Shown: positions 9,187 through 16,926 of the stretch, one piece after another | Layout: every line of letters begins with the position of its first letter | Numbering within the stretch: position 1 is the stretch's first letter | Virus record (IMG/VR): IMGVR_UViG_3300021400_000056 | Span: 30,581 to 94,580 of that record | Reading direction: 5' to 3' (one strand) | Source: a virus | Taxonomy: Duplodnaviria; Caudoviricetes | Length of the DNA stretch: 64,000 bases | Notes under the pieces: model-generated | Told to the model about the DNA's origin: nothing | The model's database searches: none | What the model saw: the letters and a program-made list of their open reading frames with translations, nothing else | Translations under genes and position numbers: made by a program

Positions 9187-9693
9187 CTATTCAAATAGCA
9201 TACGAACAGCTTCGATATCTATAGGTGCATCGATAACGCTTTCTTCCACGAAAAAGTCGAAACTGACGCGGTAATCTGGGAAACCCACATATCGCCAATC
9301 TAGTCTTTCCTTAGTTTCTATTCCATTTTTGTAAATATACTCAGGGACAAGGCTTGACGGAGCAACACCCCTGATTGCTTCGATCGCTTGTTCCAAGCTA
9401 GAATATGATCCAACGATAAAGTAGCCGCTCAAATTGTCATTAAGATCCTCTACAGGAATGTCATATGAGCATTTAACCAAATATACTTTTTCAGGTCCAT
9501 CAACTTTAAGATAACCGACGCTGCAGCCCAACGATTCCGCAAGCTTATCATAGACTTCCTGTTTTCTAGGGCGTACATTTTTCAGCTCATAATTGACATA
9601 CGCTCGTCTAGAAATTCCTATAGACTTAGCGATCTCTGCCTGAGTCAGTCTTTGTTTAAGTCTAAGAATTTTAAGTTTCTTACCAAATTCCAT
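9187..9693 (-). CDS. XRE-family HTH regulator with C-terminal paralogous domain (repressor candidate)
   Basis: FGKKLKILRLKQRLTQAEIAKSIGISRRAYVNYE. Confidence 0.85.
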   Translation of the reverse strand: MEFGKKLKILRLKQRLTQAEIAKSIGISRRAYVNYELKNVRPRKQEVYDKLAESLGCSVGYLKVDGPEKVYLVKCSYDIPVEDLNDNLSGYFIVGSYSSLEQAIEAIRGVAPSSLVPEYIYKNGIETKERLDWRYVGFPDYRVSFDFFVEESVIDAPIDIEAVRMLFE

Positions 9694-9718
9694 TTCATAA
9701 ACCCCTTTCATTTTAAGA

Positions 9719-10045
9719 TTATAATAAGAAATCATTATCAGGATAATAAATGACGTCGGTATTTATCTCGTCGATTCTGACGATGTATGTCCAAGTGGAT
9801 CTTCCCCAATCGGTAGCTTCAACGATTCGCTCTGTCCAGCTATCCCCACTGTTAATTTTATCATCGTTAATTCTTTCCATTTCACAAGGCCATGATTTTG
9901 TGAAGCTGTTAACGTCGAGATTTTTAACAGCTTCAATCGCTTCGTCCAGATTGTGAAATACTCCTAAAAATTTTTGCGCATGAAAATAATCTTCATAATG
10001 CCCATCGTTCTCTACAAAACATTCGACTTTGTACATAGTGGCCAT
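9719..10045 (-). CDS. Hypothetical protein, paralogue of 8202-8531
   Basis: MYKVEC...FLGVFHNLDEAIEAV. Confidence 0.7.
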   Translation of the reverse strand: MATMYKVECFVENDGHYEDYFHAQKFLGVFHNLDEAIEAVKNLDVNSFTKSWPCEMERINDDKINSGDSWTERIVEATDWGRSTWTYIVRIDEINTDVIYYPDNDFLL

Positions 10046-10146
10046 TTCATAAGCTCCTTTCATTATTTGAAATATGCTAAAAGAAAAAAGAAAAGAGCCC
10101 TAAAATTAGGACTCTGCCAACTGCGCGACCAGCGCCGGGCGAGTGC

Positions 10147-10299
10147 TTACGCCCAGAAGTACCAGTCGAGGACCACGTCCCCGGACCGATTGTAGTCGCG
10201 TACAATCATGTCCGGAGTATAGTTCTCGTCATAGTGCTCCTTGACGTCTACAAAATCGCCAGTGACCTGGTCAACGTAAGTTATGTTAATTACTCCCAT
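10147..10299 (-). CDS. 50-aa protein MGVINITYVDQ...DWYFWA, not in the ORF track
   Basis: Manual translation; motif plus AAAGGAG upstream, terminator downstream. Confidence 0.7.
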   Translation of the reverse strand: MGVINITYVDQVTGDFVDVKEHYDENYTPDMIVRDYNRSGDVVLDWYFWA

Positions 10300-10363
10300 T
10301 TCATTTACTCCTTTCTTTTTGTTTCATTAAGGCATCAAAAATTTTTACGAGACAAAAAAAAAA

Positions 10364-10497
10364 GAGAAGCCTAGATCGCTTCTAACGATCGTCTCTTGAA
10401 TTTAGACAAAGTCCAACTCAAGCGTTCTCCAGTTAAACTATTATCGGGGTTGGGCCTCTTCGGCCTCGCCATCTACGCTATTCCCCGTCAGCTTCTC
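10364..10497 (-). ncRNA. Candidate structured small RNA
   Basis: GAGAAGC/GCUUCUC closing stem, internal hairpins, U-tract; follows a motif copy. Confidence 0.45.
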
Positions 10498-10656
10498 ATT
10501 AAAGCATGAAAATTTTTTACGACTTTCATAAAAGAAAAACCCCGGACAAGAATCGTTATCCGAGGTGCATTCATTGTACTTTTCTGAATTATCGTTCACA
10601 CAAATATACTCATCTTCGATCTCAAGATGGTATAGGCAGTCTTTACATGTTTTCAT
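10441..10656 (-). CDS. Small Cys-rich protein (CKDC...C...C)
   Basis: Start MKTCKDC; the C-terminus runs through the motif. Confidence 0.55.
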   Translation of the reverse strand: MKTCKDCLYHLEIEDEYICVNDNSEKYNECTSDNDSCPGFFFYESRKKFSCFNEKLTGNSVDGEAEEAQPR

Positions 10657-10948
10657 CCGCTTCCGATTCCTCCAAAATACGATCAATCGTATCTGCTAAA
10701 TGGTTAAAGTTCTTTCTATCGATCCCGTCTTTAGAAATTAAAAACCCTTCATTAAATTTTTCCTGCAAGAATTTTCTTATAACTCTAACTCCTGAAATAT
10801 ACACAAAAGATCCAACAGCATTCCCGCTCAACTGATAACGCAGACCGTCATACCCTTCGATTTTAATAAGCCCGATCTTTTCAAGAAAATATACCAATTT
10901 CCTCTGCTTGTCATTAACCACCACGATTGTTGTATTCTCGTTCCTCAT
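10643..10948 (-). CDS. Hypothetical protein
   Basis: GAGG RBS; operon packing. Confidence 0.65.
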   Translation of the reverse strand: MRNENTTIVVVNDKQRKLVYFLEKIGLIKIEGYDGLRYQLSGNAVGSFVYISGVRVIRKFLQEKFNEGFLISKDGIDRKNFNHLADTIDRILEESEADENM

Positions 10949-11117
10949 ACATTACCTCTTTATAGTCTTCAACAAATGCTTTAAAATGAATCAGATCATT
11001 TCTCATCTGGTTCATAAGGACTGTTTTTTCAAGTTTACCATATCCAGCAGGCATGTCAATTTGTTTCAGATAAGGCCTTATCTGAGTATAAATCCTAATT
11101 CTTTCATCTTCATTCAT
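10914..11117 (-). CDS. Hypothetical protein
   Basis: GAGGAG RBS. Confidence 0.55.
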   Translation of the reverse strand: MNEDERIRIYTQIRPYLKQIDMPAGYGKLEKTVLMNQMRNDLIHFKAFVEDYKEVMYEEREYNNRGG

Positions 11118-11217
11118 GTCATAAACTCCTCTTCGTTAATCGGAAATATACTTAGAAAAAAGAAAAGAATCATAGGACTGAATTCTTTTTTCTCTTCAAT
11201 CCTATGATCCCTAAAAC

Positions 11218-11403
11218 CTACCGATGTTCGAACCCATTCGCGAGCAGATACCTCTGCTGGGAAAGATCCTTAGCATCAACAATGATACTATCATTCGTGA
11301 CCTCAAACTGATCATTATCGACATCATAGCCGCTAACGATCATCCTTGCCATCAGCATCGTAGTATCATCATCTGTTACTCTAAGCTTCTTTTCCATCTT
11401 CAT
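11218..11403 (-). CDS. Small hypothetical protein in a motif-gene-terminator unit
   Basis: AGGAGG RBS. Confidence 0.65.
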   Translation of the reverse strand: MKMEKKLRVTDDDTTMLMARMIVSGYDVDNDQFEVTNDSIIVDAKDLSQQRYLLANGFEHR

Positions 11404-11463
11404 TGTATTGTCCTCCTTATATGGAAACGTTCATTTTAGTTTCTATTAAAGGACAAGAAATTT

Positions 11464-11706
11464 TTACGATTGGCTGTTTTCGTCTGAAATATCAGCTATG
11501 TCTTCACGAAGAACGTTAAACTTCTCGTTCTCGAACTTTGCTTTAAGCTCGAGATTACGACTAATCAACCGATCTACTGTATTCACTCCTTTCTGCGCGC
11601 TGACTGCATTTTCAAGCGCCTCAGTTACGGCCTCTTCATACTCAGACTTAAGGTTCCTAAGCCTCTTAAGATTTTCATCAAGCAACTTGATCTTCTCTTC
11701 GTACAT
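11464..11706 (-). CDS. Coiled-coil protein
   Basis: AAAGGAG RBS; heptad pattern. Confidence 0.65.
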   Translation of the reverse strand: MYEEKIKLLDENLKRLRNLKSEYEEAVTEALENAVSAQKGVNTVDRLISRNLELKAKFENEKFNVLREDIADISDENSQS

Positions 11707-11798
11707 GAATGCTCCTTTCAAAATATCACTTCAATGCCTATCTCATATAGTTCAATAGGAAAAAGAAGAGAGGACCGATTAAGTCCTCCCATCTTAGA

Positions 11799-11933
11799 TC
11801 ACTTCTTCTTTTCTCTTTCTTTGAGTTTCTTTTCGACCGCATCGTCGATCTGCTTTTCCTGCAGCTTACTCGGGATGATAAAACTCCCGATAGCACACAC
11901 TACTCCGCCGATCATCAGTAATACTGTAGACAT
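11799..11933 (-). CDS. 44-aa single-TM peptide MSTVLLMIGG...KEREKKK, not in the ORF track
   Basis: Manual translation; AGGAGG RBS, motif and terminator. Confidence 0.7.
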   Translation of the reverse strand: MSTVLLMIGGVVCAIGSFIIPSKLQEKQIDDAVEKKLKEREKKK

Positions 11934-11988
11934 ATAAAACCTCCTTGAATTTGAAATTTACTGTGTTCTATTAAGACATCAAAAATAA

Positions 11989-12426
11989 TTACGAATCCAG
12001 AACCTCAATCACATCCGGGTTCCATACGACAATTGAGTCGACATCCCATGAGTAAAACAGATTCGTATCATGAAGCTCGCACCAGTTCTCACTCAGATGT
12101 ACCTCCATCGCATCGAATTCAGAGTAGATTCTGTTAAGATCCAATTTGCATCCGAAAAAGTGTGGATTAAGAGTGGTAAAAGGCTCGACGTCTCTTAAGT
12201 GTCTAACATGAAGGACCCTCGCTCCGTCTTTTAACTTAAATCTAAAATTCATAGCGAGCTGCTCTTCACTTCTAAAATCTTCAGCTTCACACCACTCTCT
12301 CCATCCCCAGTCAGTGTCTTCAGGAGATGCCCAAAGACCGGATGGCTTATCCCATCTGTCGAATTCCTTGACTATAAGTTCAGGCTTAAACACATCGCTC
12401 CCACAATGAATATACACACCTTCCAT
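11989..12426 (-). CDS. Hypothetical protein, possible ADP-ribosyltransferase-like fold
   Basis: YIHCGS...GLWASP...WDVDSIVVWNPDVI. Confidence 0.65.
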   Translation of the reverse strand: MEGVYIHCGSDVFKPELIVKEFDRWDKPSGLWASPEDTDWGWREWCEAEDFRSEEQLAMNFRFKLKDGARVLHVRHLRDVEPFTTLNPHFFGCKLDLNRIYSEFDAMEVHLSENWCELHDTNLFYSWDVDSIVVWNPDVIEVLDS

Positions 12427-12515
12427 TTCATACCTCCATTTAGTACTTACAACTACCCTCGATAACAAAAAAAAGAGAAAAGACCCCTAAGATTTTCTCT
12501 TAAGGGCCTTTCACC

Positions 12516-12665
12516 TCAACTCTCGTCAGTCACCTCCAAGATCGATTCTCCGATCCATCCGCCGAACTTCTCGCCGATCCAACCTCCGATTACCGTTTCC
12601 AGTGTCAGGAAACCGATAAATGCGAAGATCTTACCAACAAGTACCATTTTAGCTTTTGTAATCAT
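12516..12665 (-). CDS. 49-aa Gly-rich membrane peptide (IGGWIGEKFGGWIGE), not in the ORF track
   Basis: Manual translation; AGGAGG RBS, motif and terminator. Confidence 0.7.
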   Translation of the reverse strand: MITKAKMVLVGKIFAFIGFLTLETVIGGWIGEKFGGWIGESILEVTDES

Positions 12666-12729
12666 AATTATCCTCCTAAAAGTATGATCTTCCAATTTGT
12701 TTCATTAAGGGCATAAAAAAAATTACGAA

Positions 12730-12948
12730 TTATTTGAGCAATTTTGTGATTAATAGCTCAAGCTCTCTTCTTTCTATCTCTCCATTAAGACCAACATAAA
12801 CTTTGTACTTTCCGTTATCTGTTGACTCGATTTCGAACGTAGTAAGTTCCGTTGTAATGTCACAGCCGGTTGCTTTTTTGAGCTTTTTGTTTATAAATTT
12901 GCATATAAGCCGTTTTAAAAATATACTTCTAATCCTCAATTCGTCCAT
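12730..12948 (-). CDS. Conserved phage hypothetical protein
   Basis: AAAGGAG RBS before MDELRI. Confidence 0.7.
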   Translation of the reverse strand: MDELRIRSIFLKRLICKFINKKLKKATGCDITTELTTFEIESTDNGKYKVYVGLNGEIERRELELLITKLLK

Positions 12949-12983
12949 TACTGCTCCTTTCATAAAAAAAAAGAAAGAGCCCC

Positions 12984-13217
12984 TTATTCAGGGGTGTCTT
13001 CCTCTTTGCTAGTTCCTACAAAATCGCTTATAAGTGAACTAAATCCTCCACTTATTGTGTATGAGATCCCGTCAAAATGCCCACAGATAGCCTGCTGCAA
13101 TGCGACGTCTAATATCGCTATAACGCCAATTGCGAATAGTATAGCTTTAAGTATCGCCATCACTGCAAACAGCCAAACTGCATATACTCTGTATAAACCT
13201 CTCTTAATAAGTTCCAT
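12984..13217 (-). CDS. Small membrane protein
   Basis: Long hydrophobic segment; motif and terminator. Confidence 0.65.
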   Translation of the reverse strand: MELIKRGLYRVYAVWLFAVMAILKAILFAIGVIAILDVALQQAICGHFDGISYTISGGFSSLISDFVGTSKEEDTPE

Positions 13218-13306
13218 ATAGCTGCCCCCTTTAAGCTTTTTGCTATTAAAGAAAGATAAAAATATACGAAAAGAAAGAGAGGCCGAAGCTTCCCTTTCGG
13301 TTACTT

Positions 13307-13471
13307 CTACCTCCTCCCTAGCCTAGCCATTACGATCCTCGCAAGAATAATTGCTGCTGCAATTACAACAATAGGTACAATGAATTCAAGTATAACTCCG
13401 AGTACGATCAGTACTACAGAAATTATCCCTGCAACAATTGCTGCCAAAATAGTTGTTATTACTGCTAACAT
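13307..13471 (-). CDS. 54-aa highly hydrophobic peptide
   Basis: GGAGG RBS before MLAVITT. Confidence 0.7.
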   Translation of the reverse strand: MLAVITTILAAIVAGIISVVLIVLGVILEFIVPIVVIAAAIILARIVMARLGRR

Positions 13472-13585
13472 ATTTCTACCTCCGTAAAATAATGTTCTAT
13501 GTGCTATTAAAGAGGCAAAAATTTTTACGAAAAGAAAAAAGGGAGAGGAGCCGATCTCATTTCGGTCTCCAATCCCGATCTCCAT

Positions 13586-13663
13586 TTAGTCTCGTTTATT
13601 CCTCCTTTCATCGTGTAAAATTATTAGAATTCCGATCACAATAATGATTAACCCGATCTCCAT
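13586..13663 (-). CDS. 25-aa hydrophobic peptide MEIGLIIIVIGILIILHDERRNKRD (type I toxin-like)
   Basis: Manual translation; AAGGAGG RBS, motif and terminator. Confidence 0.6.
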   Translation of the reverse strand: MEIGLIIIVIGILIILHDERRNKRD

Positions 13664-13799
13664 AAAGTTACCTCCTTTAATTTGAAATATGCCGACTATA
13701 TACTTCCATCTAATGGGCGAAAAAAAATACGAATGACAAAAAAAAAGAGGAACCGGAACTTTTACGTTCCGATCCCAAAGTCGATCCTACAAGTTACAA

Positions 13800-14135
13800 T
13801 CAGAATTTCCATTTCGGAATAAACCCGAGAATCTTGGAAGTTACCGCTCCAACCTCTTCGATTTCTCCGATTCGCTTAGATAGCACAAGTGTCACGACTC
13901 CCCCGATCGCACTGCTTCCCAGTTTTCCGATCATATCTCTGCGAGATTTCTTCTCCTCAGCCAGATTCCGATTGTTTGCATTAACATCATCGGATTCCGC
14001 CCTAAAAGAATCCACCGCCGCATCGTTTAACATCTTAAACTGCTTAACAAGCGATTCTCGAGTTTCCGGATCCTTCTCCGTCCTAAGCTCCTCTAAGATC
14101 TCTCTCATACGTTCCTGTAACTCAGCACTACCCAT
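13800..14135 (-). CDS. Conserved phage coiled-coil protein with C-terminal hydrophobic segment
   Basis: AGGAGG RBS before MGSAEL. Confidence 0.7.
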   Translation of the reverse strand: MGSAELQERMREILEELRTEKDPETRESLVKQFKMLNDAAVDSFRAESDDVNANNRNLAEEKKSRRDMIGKLGSSAIGGVVTLVLSKRIGEIEEVGAVTSKILGFIPKWKF

Positions 14136-14197
14136 AAGTATTTCCTCCTTAGAAATGTGCTTGTATACTTGTTTCTTCATTAGACCCCCAAAAATTT

Positions 14198-14416
14198 TTA
14201 CGGATTTTCTACCGTGTTGATGACTGTTAAATATACGTGTCTCTTAGACGGAATCTCATCCAGTGGAATGTGAAACTCCATCAGGTAACGATCCCTTGCC
14301 GGATCCGATACGTCGACTTTAAGCACTCCGTCCGGTTTTCTCTTCGTAATGAAAATCCCGAACAAAATGCCAAAAAAGGCGCATCCGAAATATCCAGCAA
14401 TAACAATAAGATCCAT
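14198..14416 (-). CDS. Small membrane-anchored phage protein
   Basis: TM segment then G.LKVD.SDP; AAAGGAG RBS. Confidence 0.7.
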   Translation of the reverse strand: MDLIVIAGYFGCAFFGILFGIFITKRKPDGVLKVDVSDPARDRYLMEFHIPLDEIPSKRHVYLTVINTVENP

Positions 14417-14495
14417 ACTTTTTCTCCTTTCTAAAAGTTTTACAAAAATCCCATTAGGGGAAATTTTGGCAAAAAAAAAAAATAAACAAAAAGAA

Positions 14496-14596
14496 AAAGA
14501 GCGAATCGTTGGTTCTGATTTTTTTATCCGTCATTAAACGTCGCTAAGATCGTCTAACACCGATTTCATCAATCAGTTTCATCAACTCTACTCTTT
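14496..14596 (-). ncRNA. Candidate small RNA
   Basis: AAAGAG/CUCUUU closing stem plus U-tract after a motif copy; only a 12-codon ORF. Confidence 0.35.
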
Positions 14597-14617
14597 CTAT
14601 TAAAGGACAGGAATTAT

Positions 14618-14971
14618 TTACGAATACCCTTTTCTCTCACTAAGGAGCCAGAAGAACTTAGCTCTAAGATCATCGAACTCGCCCTTACTCAAAGTCACTC
14701 CTAACTGAGAGAAGCTAACATCTTCGGTTACAGATCTTAAAATATATATACCATACTTCTTGTCTGTATCCACAGCCGTCGTCTCGATCAGCCGGATGCC
14801 ATTTATTAAATTAGTAAGTTCTGTTGCAGTATCACCGACGGGATCCTCGCCGTCAGCAAACACCAATCCACTTAGTCTCCTAACACGATCTCTCATCTCG
14901 TAATACTGCAAACAGAAATGCTTCAGCTCTCTGTATCTGTGCGCGGACAACTGATAATTATTTGTTGCCAT
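14618..14971 (-). CDS. RinA/ArpU-like transcriptional regulator
   Basis: HRYRELKHFCLQY...RAKFFWLLS; start at MATNN. Confidence 0.6.
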   Translation of the reverse strand: MATNNYQLSAHRYRELKHFCLQYYEMRDRVRRLSGLVFADGEDPVGDTATELTNLINGIRLIETTAVDTDKKYGIYILRSVTEDVSFSQLGVTLSKGEFDDLRAKFFWLLSERKGYS

Positions 14972-15206
14972 CCCACAAATATCCTGTTTCTTCATACAGT
15001 TTTTTCGGGGAAATGTAGAAGTTGATTCGGCCAAGACGAGAGTCCATCTTATCAACCTCTGTGATCTTATCGCCATCTCTTGTAGCTACACCTATCGGCA
15101 GCCAACCAGCAATGATACCGGCTCTAACCCAGGTGGCGTCTTTACCATAGACTTTAGCTGCTACTTGAACTGGAACAGAACCAATTGGAAAACTTACTTC
15201 TAACAT
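14958..15206 (-). CDS. Small HTH DNA-binding protein (Xis/Cox-like), divergent from the integrase
   Basis: VPVQVAAKVYGKDATWVRAGIIAGWLPIG...FYISPKKL; AGGAGG RBS. Confidence 0.7.
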   Translation of the reverse strand: MLEVSFPIGSVPVQVAAKVYGKDATWVRAGIIAGWLPIGVATRDGDKITEVDKMDSRLGRINFYISPKKLYEETGYLWDGNK

Positions 15207-15241
15207 TAAAATATACCTCCTAACTTAGCCTTAGGAGATTG

Positions 15242-15270
15242 TTGACGGATGATTTGATATAGACTATAAT
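15242..15270 (+). promoter_or_regulatory. Sigma-A type promoter towards the integrase
   Basis: TTGACG-17 nt-TATAAT. Confidence 0.7.
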
Positions 15271-15332
15271 AAATCTGCTACGATTTTACCCTATATAAGC
15301 CTTACGAACAATCTCCATCTGGCTTGGTAAGG

Positions 15333-15361
15333 ATTATATGGGGTTTGTTTTTTCTTGTCAA
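15333..15361 (-). promoter_or_regulatory. Consensus sigma-A promoter towards the early leftward operon
   Basis: TTGACA-17 nt-TATAAT on the minus strand. Confidence 0.8.
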
Positions 15362-15468
15362 TACTATCAAAAATATACGTTCTGCTAGTATCCACAACAA
15401 AAAGCAACAACCGACTTCTTTACTCGTCTAGTTTCAATTAAGTACTATTAAAAAATTTAGGAGGAAAA

Positions 15469-16677
15469 ATGCTGATAAAATGTATTGAATGTGGCGGAAC
15501 AGTATCCGATAAAGCCGCTTTTTGTCCGCACTGTGGTTTCACTAAAGAAGAACCGATCATTAAGCCTGTAAAACCAAAGCCAAATAAAAGAATGCGACTT
15601 CCAAATGGTTTCGGACAAATATCATTGATTAAGAACCAAAACTTAAGGAACCCATACCGAGTTATGGTTCCAGACGGAAAGACCGAAACGGGAAGGCCAA
15701 AAGCTAAGCTCCTTAAGCCAACTGCGTACTTTAAAACGTATAACGAAGCGTATGCAGCACTAACAGAGTACTGGAAGGATCCCCATCTTAGGCCTGACAT
15801 AACTGCTGAGGAGCTTCATGAGAAATGGACAGAGGCGGCACTTAAAGACGTTCCAAGACATGCAAAATATACCAGAAGCGAGTGGCCTTGGCGTTACTGC
15901 GTATCGGCTTACAATGTAAAAGTTCGCGACATCAGAATCTACCATATAAAAGCCTGTATGGACGGTGAAGGATCCGGAGAAATTCCAACAGCAAGCGCTA
16001 AAGGCCAAATAAAGACCATGTGGAACCAGATGCTTGACTATGCTGTTGAAAATGATTACGTCGATAAGAACTATGCCAGAGCTATGAAGTATTCAGTTCC
16101 CGGCGCAAATAAAGAAAGCGGCATGCATAAATCTTACACCGATGACGAACTAAATATTCTCTGGGCAAATGTATTTAAGAATCCGTACATTGATATGACA
16201 ATTGTTCAATGCTATTCAGGTTGGAGACCGTCCGAAATATGTTCGATCAAACTGTCAGATGTTGACATTAACAACTGGACCATGACCGGCGGCAGTAAGA
16301 CAAGTGCAGGAATAAACAGAACGATTCCGATTCACTCTCTCATTAGGCCGATTATCAAATACTACTATGATCTTTCCACGAGGGAAAATTACAAGACTCT
16401 TTTTATCTCGCCTGGCAATAACGTAGAGATTACGTACAGCAATTTCTACAAATATCTTGAACTGCATTTGGCTAAGATCGGTTTGGCTGATACGCATATC
16501 CCTCATGACGGAAGGAAGTGCTTCGTGACTTTGGCTAAAAGATACGCAGTAAATGAATATGCAATCAAGAGGATCGTCGGGCACGTGATTGACGATCTTA
16601 CTGAAAGAGTCTACACAGAAAGGCCTATGGAATGGCTCTCTGATGAGATCGAAAAGATCAAGTGGGAGAAAAAATAA
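15469..16677 (+). CDS. int: Tyrosine integrase with N-terminal zinc ribbon
   Basis: CxxC..CxxC; SGWRPSE (R), KT (K), HDGR, VGH and VY catalytic motifs. Confidence 0.95.
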   Translation: MLIKCIECGGTVSDKAAFCPHCGFTKEEPIIKPVKPKPNKRMRLPNGFGQISLIKNQNLRNPYRVMVPDGKTETGRPKAKLLKPTAYFKTYNEAYAALTEYWKDPHLRPDITAEELHEKWTEAALKDVPRHAKYTRSEWPWRYCVSAYNVKVRDIRIYHIKACMDGEGSGEIPTASAKGQIKTMWNQMLDYAVENDYVDKNYARAMKYSVPGANKESGMHKSYTDDELNILWANVFKNPYIDMTIVQCYSGWRPSEICSIKLSDVDINNWTMTGGSKTSAGINRTIPIHSLIRPIIKYYYDLSTRENYKTLFISPGNNVEITYSNFYKYLELHLAKIGLADTHIPHDGRKCFVTLAKRYAVNEYAIKRIVGHVIDDLTERVYTERPMEWLSDEIEKIKWEKK

Positions 16678-16679
16678 AG

Positions 16680-16926
16680 TGTAGGAATAATGTACGAAAT
16701 GTGTATGAGTTTACTTAAAGAGATGTATAAGTAGTGTACGAATAAAGGAGACGCAAGTACGTTTTTCTAATGCTAATCATTAAATCAGCATGTTTGAAAT
16801 AACGTAAATACGTCTCCTTTGCACGACCTGCTATCAAGTACTAGCTTCCATAGTCTTATTATATAAAACTTGAAAATGGCGGATTTAAGCCATTTTGAAG
16901 CGGCTAGTGTAGGAGTAGTGTAGGTT
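16680..16926. other. Putative attP with arm-type integrase-binding repeats
   Basis: TGTA(G/C/T)(G/A) repeats phased at 11 bp (16680, 16691, 16702, 16724, 16735; 16908, 16919) flanking an AT-rich core, immediately after int. Confidence 0.65.

Larger units (their letters stand above)
2891..14623 (-). promoter_or_regulatory. 13 dispersed copies of a ~26-bp motif, minus-strand TCGTAAAAATTTT-N7-TTAAT(AG/GA); probable phage-specific promoter
   Basis: Copies at 2891-2916, 3355-3380, 8839-8864, 10325-10350, 10497-10522, 11443-11469, 11968-11994, 12703-12728, 13243-13269, 13504-13530, 13707-13732, 14178-14203, 14597-14623, all in the same orientation. Confidence 0.8.

Noticed and set aside
7825-10063. 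MKGAYEM as a shared N-terminal peptide
   Set aside because: It is the translation of the conserved RBS-containing leader (ATGAAAGGAGCTTATGAAATG); the second ATG has the proper SD spacing
2891-14623. Repeated motif as a CRISPR or mini-CRISPR array
   Set aside because: Copies are degenerate and separated by 150 to over 5000 bp containing genes; no cas genes
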